From contig JAKMXF010000336.1 of the NCBI GenBank assembly GCA_024704765.1, positions 214,207 to 278,206 of the forward strand: a stretch of DNA of 64,000 nt. Direction: 5' to 3'. Origin of the DNA: Oopsacas minuta. Its lineage: Eukaryota; Animalia; Porifera. The notes beneath the pieces are model-generated. The model made no database searches. It was not told the DNA's origin and saw nothing but the letters and a program-made list of their open reading frames with translations. Shown in pieces: positions 37,625-49,639 of this stretch. Numbering within the stretch: position 1 is the first letter of the stretch; the number at the start of each line of letters is the position of its first letter. Both the position numbers and the translations under genes were made by a program.

Positions 37625-38483
37625 GTTTGATATGCTCTTCATAAGGTTCTTGTGGTAATACACCTGTATGCAAGGTTTGGCGAAGATATATCCGTTATGA
37701 AAAGATATCGAAAATAACGTATACGGTATGCCGTTGAAAATATCCATATGTAGCTGGATTTCTTAAAGTTATTCGAAAAATATCGAAATCATCTAAATAT
37801 CTAAATTTTCAATATTGATAGCTGATATTTCCGATCTTTTCTATATTTTTCGGGGAGAAAACTTATCTAGTACTCCTCTTATATTTCCCGTCAATCACAA
37901 TCTCTGTCTTCTCCATATACGGTGTAACCTCTTTCAGTAATTGAACATCCTGGGGACCAGCCAAAATGTTCACATACGAGAGGTGTTCACTTGTCATGAC
38001 ATTGTACGCAGCAATATAAGACATTTGGGACCGAGAAAAGATGTTCATCTTTTGGAGATATAACTTCTTAGAGGTTTGCTGTACTTTATAAAAGTCAGGG
38101 AAAGGCTAATATGATTAGAGTAATCAAAATGAAATATTTCCCCATTGAAAATATCCTTTCAACCAAACGATATCCATTAACGATTACACTATATATCCAG
38201 TATCACTATACCTAACATTCTATTAGTTTCTATTGATTCAATATTTGTATATTTTTTGTATTAATTATTTCGCTAGAATGCAATCATGTTACTTTTTAAC
38301 AGGCCCTAATATTAGGGACTATACATTTGGATATGCATTCTTATGCATACACTAAATGGCTGGATAATGATATCTTTTACATATTAGCAAAACGTATATA
38401 TAATCTCTAAATTTTGATAATGTAAGAATATTTATCTGTATATTCAATCCTAGTTTTGATACAATTTCCTTGCGAGTGCTACC

Positions 38484-39631
38484 ATGCTTATCCATGTGTA
38501 TTTTGATGCTCTTATGTTATCCATTTTCGGTATCATAAGTTTGTGTGCCGCGATATGCTACACAGTATGGATTGTAAAAGTTATCAAACATCTTAAACAA
38601 TGCATAACAAAGTACAGAATAAACAAGAGAATGGATTACCGTGACATTCGTGAACGTTATAGAATTCTCTACAACTTTGAAACTCATATAGTTAAAGACA
38701 TAATATTACTCATTGTATGCTGTGCTGAGATCGGTGAACCGTTTATGGCTATAATAATTGGCGTTGTCATTTCGTATTACAATCTGAATCTTGGAGTTTC
38801 CAAAATTCGATTGAATAGGACTTCTAGCTTAACTTCCTGTACTTTGAAACAAAGTATTTTAGAAATTGATGCTATAGGAAACGACACCTCATTTCAGTAC
38901 CTGTATTTAACCACCCTTCTAATACTCATCTGTCAACTAATTCTAATTTTACTCTCATTCTTAACACAGTATCTCTCGAAGAGATATTTCCTTCATTCTA
39001 TAAGGAAAACTAGCATTTCTCATTTCACTCTTGCAATGATACAAATCTCCATCATTGTCTGTCTAACTAATAGAGATACAATAATTCTGTATCTCTTAGT
39101 TATACCGCTACTGGTATTCATGGATTGGTGCATTTTAGTCAGAAACAGTAGAATCCTATATCGAGTACTTAAATCAAATGTAAGAGATTTGAAGTTGAAT
39201 CTATCAAATCAATATTTGTACATAAAGCAATGGAGACTGCTTCGAATATACAAAATACTGATGCCTGTACTATTAACCGCGTTATTCTTCGGTTTTTGCA
39301 CGATTTTTCTTCGTTTTTATTTCAAGTTTTGTTTCGCATTTTGATGTCAAATTGTTTTGACATAATGTTAAGAGACACATTCACAGTTACTCGAGTCAAT
39401 GGTCTACATAGAATAATTTTCTACTTTCAATGTGCATCTGAATACCTAATTCTTATTAGTATGACAATCCACTTCATATTACTTGGTTTCCCAATATTCG
39501 CTATTTCAATTGGAATGCTATATACAGCTTGTGTAAATAGGTGGGGCAAGAAGAAAAAGAATTTTTACAGATTTGACTATACTAACTTCAAGGAAACTTT
39601 ACTTAAGTTAAACCTGAGAACTCCGTATTGA
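38484..39631 (+). pseudogene. Intronless orphan 7-TM protein B with a single 1-bp frameshift (382 aa if repaired)
   Basis: ORFs 38484-39344 and 39230-39631 join if T4 at 39339-39342 is read as T5, as in the paralog at 54346-54350. Seven hydrophobic segments; shares the Y.F.T.I.K..LL motif with protein A. Could be an assembly error in an intact gene. Confidence 0.8.
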
Positions 39632-40464
39632 CAATTTGTGTGTATATTTTCAATTGTCTAATATTTAACTGTATTGTTGATTTCATGAATATATGCAAAC
39701 AAATTATCCGAATCTCTAAATATAGATAGGGAATTGCTCTCAACAGACTTACAAGGTAATTTAGTACGCTAAATCTGAATTTCGCATTTCTAATTTTCTC
39801 ATATGTAAATTTATTGTTGTTTTTCGAACAAATAATTGAAACCTTGAATAATCGTAGAAACTTGCTCTCAACAGACATATAGGGGTAATAAATAACCCTG
39901 AGTCCGGTGCCTTAAGGAAAAATTACGTCGGCACAGATGGTGATTTGAATTTCCCTTTTGTATATCACAGACTTTCAACCTTGTTTTAATGCCAAATTAG
40001 CTGTGTACTTATTGACATCTCGTAATTCGTTAATGCTAGACACAGGGAATCTATTATTTTCGTATAAGAAGTCATATTTTGGGAGTTCAATGTTCATATT
40101 AGTTTGCCGGAAATATTTGCGGAATCTAAGTTATGCGATATTCACACTTTTCCATAAATGTTATTACAGTGACTCATTCTGTGCACCCCCTACTGTCATC
40201 CTTGGACCACCAAGAGGTCCATAGACCCCAGTTTGGGAACTGATGAACCAGATCTTCCCTGGAAGTGTTTGTATTATGTCTATGTACTTCAAATGAATTA
40301 AATTGTACATTAAATAATGAAAAACTGAAACTGTATGTATAGTCTAACTCTCTTTGCCCCAAAAAATGCGTGAGAAAAGAAGAAAACTCGCAGCAATCCT
40401 ATCTAGATTATAACATCATAACAATTATGCGTAAATATCTTAGTAATAATATGTGTATTATTTA

Positions 40465-40717
40465 TTAGTATAGCGATCTCAAGTTGGCTTCATTTATAGC
40501 TTCCTTACAGTTATCATAGTTAAATTCGTAATGATTCTTATTAGTGCACCTCTTTACACAAACTGAATATAGCATTCCAATTGAGACACCGAACATTGGA
40601 AATCCAAGCAAGAAGAAGTGGATTGTAATGCAAATTATCAGTAAGTATTCAGACGCAACTTCTAAGTATGAAATTATGCTGAATATATTCTTGTATTCTG
40701 TGTTTGAGTGTGTACTT
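40465..40717 (-). pseudogene. C-terminal (TM7 + tail) fragment of a convergent 7TM-B paralog
   Basis: STHSNTEYKNIFSIISYLEVASEYLLIICITIHFFLLGFPMFGVSIGMLYSVCVKR...NLRSLY* vs 7TM-B CASEYLILISMTIHFILLGFPIFAISIGMLYTACVNR...NLRTPY*; truncated exactly at the element end at 40718. Confidence 0.85.
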
Positions 40718-41532
40718 CAGTGGCGGCCATATGGGGTGTGCAGGGTGTGCGGTGCACAGGGGCCCCCAAAGAGATCATTTGGATGGAGAGGAGATTAACC
40801 GAGATTTTTGGGGAATGATTGGGCCCACAAAATCCCAGGACAACCTTTATTCTAGGTTGAGTATAGTTAATTGTTTAGTTGATCTATGTATTCATGAAGT
40901 TTGAAATTACATTAGTCAATAAACATAGGATATGACTACTATAAGAATTTAAATTTCCATGAATTGGTTTTAATTTAGATATTTTCCTTTTAGATCGTTA
41001 ATTTATTAGTTATTCATCTCTTGTACACATAGATTATATAGAAATATAGTTTCACAAACATTAAATTGTATTTCCGTGTATTATTAAGATATCTGTCACG
41101 AAAGTTCTTATTAGTTATACCACAGGAGAAACTTATGCTGGGGCAGATCCAAGGGGTCCAAGGGGTCCTAGGGGTCCTAGGACCCCTCCTCGGTGTTCCT
41201 AGTGTGAATCAAAATGGAATCAAAATTTCAGTTTTGAATTTCTGTCTAAAATTAATGAATAGTAAGATAAATGAATTTACATATATTTCTCTATATGTGG
41301 TAGAAATGTCTTTAGATCTCTATTTCAGTGTCGAAATATTCAAAACAACTTCTGAGGGCACCCCTTAGGATAGCTCGCTCGGCTCGCGCTTGGATCCCCC
41401 TAGGTAAATCCTGGATCCGCTCCATGTTATGCATGTGCCATGTGCATAAGTTTGCATCTTTTTTTTGATAATTGAGAAGGGGGCCCAAGAAAAACATTGC
41501 ACAAGGCCCTCAATATCCTATGGTCGCCACTG
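40718..41532. mobile_element. Non-autonomous hAT-like element (815 bp) with nested element; no matching TSD
   Basis: CAGTGGCGGCCATA ... TATGGTCGCCACTG; flanks GTGTACTT and ACACTGAG differ. Confidence 0.8.
41138..41426. mobile_element. Nested 289-bp TIR element with 5-bp direct repeat TTATG
   Basis: TTATG|CTGGGGCAGATCCAAGG ... CCTGGATCCGCTCCATG|TTATG; second copy at 56130-56413 starts CAGGGGCGGATCC. Confidence 0.7.
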
Positions 41533-41833
41533 ACACTGAGTTATATATGTATACCGCATAACTTCTAAGCCTAATACCTGAATGAACCTCAGGTAAGAGA
41601 CCTTCCATATAGCCGCGCCAGTTATAACCAGAGTGGACCGATTATGGCCGCTCAGTTATGGATGTCACTACTGGTGCAGTAAGAGTTGTGGCCTTTTCAA
41701 AAGATTTTATCAATATTTTATAGTTTCTGAATGTGAGAATGATTTGATATACCGAATGAATATTCTATACTTTACAATACATATACACATTAAAGTATGT
41801 ATAAAGCCATCTACCGAAGTTGATGACGAAACA

Positions 41834-41973
41834 TGGTGTAGCAGCCCTGGTGTATTCTCTCTTGGACAGATTATACCGTATATATTATGAGCTAGACCAC
41901 TTTATACTCAGGGAATAATTTGACCTAGGCTAGAACAGATTATGCCTGAGTATAATCTTGGCTGTTACACCGG
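41834..41973. mobile_element. Foldback MITE, copy 2 (internally deleted)
   Basis: Homologous to 1458-1636; ends TTGGCTGTTACACCGG. Confidence 0.65.
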
Positions 41974-42192
41974 TACTGGAGTTATTCCAAACATACACTA
42001 AACTCGAGCACACAACTAATATAATTCGCATATACAGAAATAATCTATGACGAAATATGAATACAAAGCTTATAGTTAGTAAGTATCTAGTATACATTAC
42101 TGGGGATACCTAAATATACACACTATGAGGTTAATCTATAGTTAATTCCCTGAGATGGATAATCTAAAGTAAAGTCAAAGATGAACTTGATA

Positions 42193-45100
42193 TCAGTTTA
42201 TCTGGTATCTCACAGCTTCATCCTGCACACTTCCTGGATAAACTTCTGCAATAAGGTTTGGATCTTTCTTTTCGATTAGTTCAGATTCTATAGCAGTTGT
42301 TTTCTTCAATTCATCAGGCTGTGCTGATCCGTGGATGCTGTTATAGATTTCATTACTATATCCAGCTGTGGGGATTCTATGGTTGTTCGTGTCTTTTGCT
42401 TTGGGAATCCCTTGTAGTTTGTTAACCTTTCTAACAAAATACAAGAATAATGCTATAAACATGAATATTAGGAAAACATTGGACACTAAAGAGATAACCA
42501 TGAGAATTACTGTTGGTTGGTACCATTCAAATTGGTTTTGAGTTGACATGGCTCGTGGCGTAAATGAGGATGTCGGATCTGAAGTTTGATGCGTGGTATT
42601 TCCTAGTGTATCAACATTGGGGCAAGAAAAATTCTGGATAGTGATGTTGAATCCTCCTTGACAAATGAAACGATTTTCGTGATAACTGCTATCAACCACA
42701 TCACATTGTATGTTGCTTTCACAATGAGTTTTGTTGATCAGCTGATGACCATCTTGACAATAACACAGATATGAACCGATTATATTTTGACATCCAAACT
42801 CACATCCTCCATTCCCTTCCTGGCACTCGTTAATATCATCACAAGCATATCCATTAGCAGCTACAGTGTATCCTTCATCACATGCACAACGATATGAACC
42901 TTCTGTGTTCTCACAGGCGTATGCACAATCAGTTGCCTCGTTACACTCATCAAAATCTTTGCATTCACCAGAATTGTGCAGTGAATATCCTATCGGACAA
43001 AAGGTTGGTGGTATTGTTGACTGTGCTGTTGAAGTTTTTGGCATTGTAATTGCAGTGCTTTGACAAGTGAAGTTTGTAATTGTCAGATTGAACCCACCAT
43101 CACAAATGAATTGATATTCTTCATTGTTACTACTATCAATCACGTCACATTGAATATCGCTCTCACAATGGGTTTGATTAATCAGCTGATGTCCGTACTC
43201 GCAATAACACAGATATGAACCTATGGTATTTCTACAACCAAACTCACATCCTCCATTCCATTCTTGGCACTCATTAGCATCTTCACAATCATATCCATTA
43301 ATAGCTAGTTTGTATCCTTCTTCACATATGCAATTATATGAACCTTCTGTGTTCTGACAAGCATATGAACAATTAGTTACTTCAGTGCACTCATTGAAAT
43401 CTTTGCATTCACCTGAATTATGCAATGAATAACCAATGGGACAACTAGTTGGTTGTTCTGTTGAAGGTGTTGTTTGTTTAGTGATGCTTTGACAAGTCAG
43501 ATTTGTGATAGTTAGGTTGAAACCTCCTTGACAAGTGAAGCGGTTTTCTTGATGACCACTACTATCGACCACGTCACATTGAATGTCGCTCTCACAATGC
43601 GTTTGATTAATCAGCTGATGTCCGTACTCGCAATAGCACAGATATGAACCTATGGTATTTCTACAACCAAACTCACATCCTCCATTCCATTCCTGGCACT
43701 CATTCGCTTCTTCACAATCATATCCATTAATAGCTAGCTTGTATCCTTCTTCACATATGCAACTGTATGAACCTTCTGTATTCTGACAGGCATATGTACA
43801 GTTAGTCACCTCATCACATTCATCGAAATCTTTACATTCACCAGAATTGTGTAGTGAATACCCAATGGGACAACTAGTTGGTTGTTCTGTTGAAGGTGTT
43901 GTTGGTTCAGTGATGCTGTGACAAGTCAGATTTGTGATAGTTAGGTTGAAACCTCCTTGACAAGTGAAGCGGTTTTCTTGATAACCACTACTATCGACCA
44001 CGTCACATTGAATATCGCTCTCACAATGAGTTTCGTTATACAATTGGTGTCCTTGCTCACAGTAACATTGATACGAACCTATGGTATTACCACAACCAAA
44101 CTCACATCCTCCATTTCCGACCTTACATTCATTAACATCATCACAAACATATCCATTTGCAGCTAGCTTGTATCCTTCATCACACACACAATGGTATGAA
44201 CCTTCTGTGTTCTCACAGGTATGCTCGCATTCAGTTACTACATCACATTCATCTTCATCCACACATTCTCCTGAACTATGTTGTAGATAACCTATAGGGC
44301 AACCACACAAGTAACTATCTTGTGTATTATGACATACTTGATTACTAGGACAGGTTATCAATTTGTCAAAGCATTGATAAGATTCTGTTTGTGAGCAATT
44401 GGCATACAACAGTGGATCAGTAATAGACTTTTGGAAGAAAACGTTTGGTTCAGAACAATACCCATTACTTATATATACCCCATATTGCGATACCATTGAC
44501 GTCCATTGTAATCTACAGTCGCAGATGAACGGGTCGCTTAAATATAGATATATGCTGCTTGGTGATTTCATTTGCTGGAATACATACGGGTCTAGGGTAT
44601 GATACTCATTGTACTGCAAGAGTACATACCTTAGAGATCTTGTATTTATCAGTGCTTCAATAGGGAATCCTGGATTCTCATCTAAATTCAGGTATGTCAG
44701 TTCAGTTAAACCTTCGAAAACATTATTTGATATAATCTTTATTCCATTGTTTTGAAGATAGAGTTGTAACAGGCTTGAGAGTTCATTGAATGTACCATCC
44801 TCAATGATACCTAACTTATTGTTTTGAAGATAGAGAGATAGCAGACTTGAGAGTTCATTGAATGTACCATCTTCAATAATACTTAATTTGTTGTTTGCAA
44901 AGCTCAGATATGTTAACGAGTTCAAACCATCCAATGCTCCTTTAGTTATGCTACTGAAATCCGAGTTGTAGAAATTTAGGTAAACCAAGTTTGATAATTC
45001 TCTAACTATTGTGTTATCAAATGTACGCGTGGACGCACCTACTATTCTAACGCTGAGAGAACTTAGATATTGAAGATTTGTAAACGATGGTGTTTCTTTT

Positions 45101-45564
45101 GAAATACAATAACCCAAGTAGATATATTTTAGACCTGTGAAGTAATTGAAAAAGTTTTTAGCCTCGAGCTGGATATGATAGCTACTACTAACAGATATCC
45201 TCGTTAATCCAGTATTTTGGCTAGATGTAGTTAGACGGATATTATCTCGATCTTCGTAATTGTAAATGCGTAAATATTGGATATTTGAGGCTAATTCTAT
45301 ATCAATGATTAGGTTCCCGTATACTGTTGATACGTAGTTTTTGTAGACATATATTGTAGAAAATACTGTACTCTGACCGCTACAGTAGCTTAACAAACTC
45401 TTGATGACCTGAGTTTCATTATTAGTGATGTAGCACTGTAGATAGCTACTACCATAATTACAATACCCTGCTCCATTAGAGCAATCGACAGCTTCAACCA
45501 CTCCATAATAATACAAATATGTCACCAAACCTAACAACAGGCATATATTACCGAACTTCCCCAT
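42193..45564 (-). CDS. LRR-cbEGF type-I receptor, paralog 2 (1123 aa): one extra 24-aa LRR, 4 EGF modules
   Basis: Intact ORF; tandem NNKLSIIEDGTFNELSSL / NNKLGIIEDGTFNELSSL LRR duplication; same architecture as 1857-5600. Confidence 0.93.
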   Translation of the reverse strand: MGKFGNICLLLGLVTYLYYYGVVEAVDCSNGAGYCNYGSSYLQCYITNNETQVIKSLLSYCSGQSTVFSTIYVYKNYVSTVYGNLIIDIELASNIQYLRIYNYEDRDNIRLTTSSQNTGLTRISVSSSYHIQLEAKNFFNYFTGLKYIYLGYCISKETPSFTNLQYLSSLSVRIVGASTRTFDNTIVRELSNLVYLNFYNSDFSSITKGALDGLNSLTYLSFANNKLSIIEDGTFNELSSLLSLYLQNNKLGIIEDGTFNELSSLLQLYLQNNGIKIISNNVFEGLTELTYLNLDENPGFPIEALINTRSLRYVLLQYNEYHTLDPYVFQQMKSPSSIYLYLSDPFICDCRLQWTSMVSQYGVYISNGYCSEPNVFFQKSITDPLLYANCSQTESYQCFDKLITCPSNQVCHNTQDSYLCGCPIGYLQHSSGECVDEDECDVVTECEHTCENTEGSYHCVCDEGYKLAANGYVCDDVNECKVGNGGCEFGCGNTIGSYQCYCEQGHQLYNETHCESDIQCDVVDSSGYQENRFTCQGGFNLTITNLTCHSITEPTTPSTEQPTSCPIGYSLHNSGECKDFDECDEVTNCTYACQNTEGSYSCICEEGYKLAINGYDCEEANECQEWNGGCEFGCRNTIGSYLCYCEYGHQLINQTHCESDIQCDVVDSSGHQENRFTCQGGFNLTITNLTCQSITKQTTPSTEQPTSCPIGYSLHNSGECKDFNECTEVTNCSYACQNTEGSYNCICEEGYKLAINGYDCEDANECQEWNGGCEFGCRNTIGSYLCYCEYGHQLINQTHCESDIQCDVIDSSNNEEYQFICDGGFNLTITNFTCQSTAITMPKTSTAQSTIPPTFCPIGYSLHNSGECKDFDECNEATDCAYACENTEGSYRCACDEGYTVAANGYACDDINECQEGNGGCEFGCQNIIGSYLCYCQDGHQLINKTHCESNIQCDVVDSSYHENRFICQGGFNITIQNFSCPNVDTLGNTTHQTSDPTSSFTPRAMSTQNQFEWYQPTVILMVISLVSNVFLIFMFIALFLYFVRKVNKLQGIPKAKDTNNHRIPTAGYSNEIYNSIHGSAQPDELKKTTAIESELIEKKDPNLIAEVYPGSVQDEAVRYQIN

Positions 45565-46019
45565 AACGAATACTGATCAAATGAAATTACCTGTTGTTCA
45601 GCAAATTTGAGCAATGAGTAGGAAAAGTAATGATTATTTGAATATTTGATTATTTGAATATTTGATAAGAAACTAACATTTATACTCATTGCCGGAGCTG
45701 ATATCGATATCTTGTTATTGGCTGGCTGATTTGGATTATAGATGATGGAACATATCTATTTCTAGTGTAATTATATATCATATATATCTATACTATTAAA
45801 ACTCAATTCATCTGTGTATATGTCTAGAATTGTTAGAAGAGATTGGAAGACTCCCAGGGCTGATTTTTGGCATACAGGAGTATTGTGGGCATGGCTTGGA
45901 CTAGCTCGAGGATTGAACGAAAGTTCGCACCTATGACGAAATTATGATATTATCATATATAATCGAGTGTGGATTTCGCAAATATATGTATTATGCATAT
46001 ACTTCCAAAACAAATCAAT

Positions 46020-46900
46020 CAATAAATGTAAACATCATTACAATCTTTCATGTTTCTCCACCATTCTGTATTGGTACTGTTAAACAGGTTATCCTAGCAT
46101 TTGGGTTCCAGGTAGTACTCTTACAAATCAGACTGCTTCTTGTATTCGGAGTTTAGCAAATTTGACCAAAGTTATACTTGCAGTAATTGCATGTCATGTA
46201 TGCATGCGGGCTCCGTGGGAATGAAATTTCCATCTTATGCACACAGCATTCTCATAGTTATAGGATTCCTATCACAGTATTTCCTATTGCAAACTGATAG
46301 GAAAATACTAAGTATTCTCCTACCCATTCCATACTTGCCAACCTGAGTGAAGGAAATTTTGTGACAGAAATATGTATTTTGTGGGACATCGTGAGATGCA
46401 GCATTTGCATTAGACTGGACTACAAAAAACGGGACAATTATGTGAAATTCTAATTTTAGAATATTTCAGATGTAATGATGCTTTCGGTAAACAACCCTCA
46501 GGTAAATTGTCTTATCTGTACAAAGAATATGAGTAAACCCTATCTCTTCTGTTGGTATTGTCTCGGAGAGGGGAAAAGTTCCCTAACTGAATACAAAACT
46601 GTGGGAATTAAAACTGCAAGAAAGCTAAGATTATACAGCTAGAGTCTGCACCAAAGATTGATTTCAGAGATAATACAGGCAAAACAGTCAAAGTTCCTAG
46701 AATAATAGCCTGTCCTAAATGCACAACTGTAGTTGAACATAATGGCGGTTGCAACGAGATGACATGCGATCACTGCAAGTATAAATTTCTGGAAATTTGT
46801 TCTATTTGCTTAACTCCGACTAAAGAAGCAGTCTAATTTGTAAGAGTAATACCTGGAGCACAAATGCTACGATAACCTGTTTCCCACCACCAATACACAT
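46020..46900 (+). pseudogene. RBR E3 ligase pseudogene, copy 2
   Basis: FCWYC and VEHNGGCNEMTCDHCKYKF..CSICL motifs with stops and frameshifts; same MITE fragment. Confidence 0.75.
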
Positions 46901-47440
46901 CAACATATGATATTTATTCTTCGATTTATTTGTTAAGGTTCAACTAGGCTTAAAATCTGTATTCTTTCCATTTATACATTGTTTTGGACTTTTGGCCAGT
47001 AATGTATTCTAGTTACTTACTACTTCTAAGCTATGTACGCTCACACGCTATGAATTATATACAAACTAATGTACCGAATAATGGAAAATAGCCATATATG
47101 TTTGTAGAAAGCCTAAAACGTAACCACAAATAACAATATAATCAAAGGCGCTAACTTATAATACTTTCGCCGTAACCCAGTTTGAGAACCACTGATCTAC
47201 ATCGTATAAGAATACATGATGAGCTAGCTATAATATCGTATACATTTACGCTATAAATAGATAAATTCCACCAACCAACTCAAAGATATCATATTCAAAC
47301 ACGTGTTATACTCTAACATATACTATACTTTATGTATTTTCTAACATATACTCCCATCTATAAAGTGCTCTGCCAAGACATTCCTCAAATTTGCTGAATA
47401 TTAGGTAAGTGAATTTGTGAATATTCAATCAGTATTTATT

Positions 47441-48821
47441 CTGAGGACAAATCGGTAGAGGCGGTGGATTGCAGCAATTTACTGTTATTATAATAGTTTG
47501 TATCTTGAGTGTTTCCTTTACAATAATGATACGGGATTGATTAGAATTCTGTTAAAGAATTGCAGTATCCTGAACACTGCGATAGACTACATGATGTGTA
47601 TAAACACTATTATCCACCAACATATGGCCATTTAATCATTGATATTGACTTACCTACAAGTATTCATACAATATTTGGTCAGAACGTTGGGTTAAATTGG
47701 TTAACCAGTTTTGCACATGTTGTATTCGAATCGCAAAACTTTTTCAACAACTTTCAAGTTCTCCAGCATATATACATGAGCAATCTTATTCTAAAATAGA
47801 CACAATAGTTCACGAATCTAGAATATCTGAACATTTTCGAAAGTTTACATGATTTGACATCATTAGACATATCTGAGAGTCCAGAGTTTTCTATTATAAC
47901 ACTGCTACATGCAAGATCTCTCGATATTCTATACTTACAATAGTTATAGAACGCTTCACTCGTGTATATTCCAACAAATGAATTCATTAAGATATCTGTG
48001 TCCGGATAATCCATTTACTATGGAGTAATTCGATCCATCAATTTATCACAAATCCATAACTATATTCAAATTGCTTCATTCATGCAAATAATACGAATGA
48101 TGAGAGTTTGCCATCTTTAGCTTCTATTGATATTGATATAGATCGTAAATTTGAACTCAGCGAACTATCAGGTATCATGATGGGGAAGCTTATAAGAGGC
48201 ATATTCGTTATACTTCTAATTATTCTAGGTTGTGTGTGTATAATATCTGGTATTATTCCAAGTTCTCAATATTTGTCAGTAAATATACTAATCAATACAA
48301 GTATGTTCAGTACTTGTAATAGTTTCGAATTTGATACAGGTAGCATTACTAATAGGAGAAGATGTATAAATTTGTATCTGTTGGCAGTTAGTTTGTTTGG
48401 AATTGTTTCAACAGTTATTGCATGTTTAAGAGGTAGTGAAAAGAAATATGTGAATATTATTGTAGCCTTGTTGAGATTCTTGGTGATGTGTTAGATGGTA
48501 TTTTTCGCAATATTTATCATTGGGAGATAATTGTAAAGTAATGAGAAAATTGATACAGATTTCGTGACAAAATTTGAATTCAATAAAGGTATGCTCGTCT
48601 TGTCCACGTTTTGCACTACTTTTTGCTTACTAATATTTATTCCAGACTTCACCCATGACATTGCTAGAAAGTCGATAATTGCTCCAGTGATGATTATATC
48701 ATTCATAACAGTACTGATATAGATTATCATATACACTGTCGTATTAGCATTTTCTTATGGTAATGATATACATCAAAAACAGTGTAATACAGCTCCAACC
48801 TTACACTGTTGGGAATCATAG
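47441..48821 (+). pseudogene. Diverged LRR paralog relic continuing in frame into a multi-pass membrane region
   Basis: Manual translation: VEAVDCSN..CYYNSLYLECFLYNNDTGLIRILLKNCS / VYKHYYPPTYGHLIIDIDLP / HVVFESQNFFNNF / NIFESLHDLTSLDISESPEFSIITLLHARSLDILYLQ / IFQQMNSLRYLCPDNPF / FITNP*LYSNC, each matching the receptor N-terminal region in order. It then continues in the same frame into about 5 hydrophobic segments (48190-48760) with four further in-frame stops. Confidence 0.78.
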
Positions 48822-49242
48822 TATTGCAGTAAAGGAATATCACATTTGGGTACTTTTCTGCCCGAACCAGTTCTGGTACCTATAACTAGTTCGCCCATTG
48901 TAGAACGATCTTTCAGGATCAGTATTGGCGGCAACTAAGCTACACTGAGATATTTACGTATACCGTATGACTTCTAAGCCTAATAACTGAATGAACCTCA
49001 GGTAAGCGACCTTCAAATCTCCGGCCTAGTTATGACCAGGGTGGATCAATTAGTGCCGGTCAGTTAAGGCTGTCACCACTGGTGCCGTAAGAGTTGTGGC
49101 TTGTTTCAGAAGGTTTTTGCAATATATTAAAATTTCTGAATGCTGGAATGATTTGAAATACCGAATGAATTTTCTATTCTTTACAATGCATATACCGATT
49201 TTAGTATTTATTAAGCCAGCTACCGAAGTTGATGAGGAAACA

Positions 49243-49419
49243 TGGCGTAGCAGCCCAGATTATACCCTGGTGTATTCTCTCTGGGACAGATTATACAGTA
49301 TATATTGTCAGCTAGACCATTTCATACTCAGAGATTAATTTGACCTAGGGTAGAATACCCTGAGGTATATCTGGGCTAGGACAGATTATACCTGAGTATA
49401 TTCTTGGCTGTTACACCGG
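49243..49419. mobile_element. Foldback MITE, copy 3
   Basis: Homologous to 1458-1636. Confidence 0.65.
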
Positions 49420-49639
49420 TACTGGAGTTATTACAAAGATTGCAAGAATTAGAGCGCACAACTAACATAATTCGCATATACAAAAAGAATCTCTGACTAA
49501 ATATGAATACAGAGCTTAGAGTTAGTAAGTACCTAGTATACATTACTGGGGATGTCTAAATATACACACTATGAGGGTTAACCCATAGTTGAATCCTTGA
49601 GATAGATAATCTAAAGTAAAGTCAATGATGAACTTGATA

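Larger units (their letters stand above)
38821..41680. repeat. ~2.9-kb block duplicated at about 53828-56665
   Basis: Near-identical 7TM-B 3' part, spacer, inverted 7TM-B fragment and hAT-like composite. Confidence 0.92.

Noticed and set aside
41066-41497. ORFs with QGVQGVLGVLGP repeats
   Set aside because: They lie within nested MITEs (GGGGTCCTA repeats) and the frame is not conserved in the duplicate at 56.1-56.5 kb.
41633-41890. ORFs in the conserved receptor 3' flank (also 49096-49338, 1341-1541)
   Set aside because: Frames differ among the four copies and run into the MITE; cannot be supported as a gene, though it might be the decayed tail of the LRR-multipass relic.
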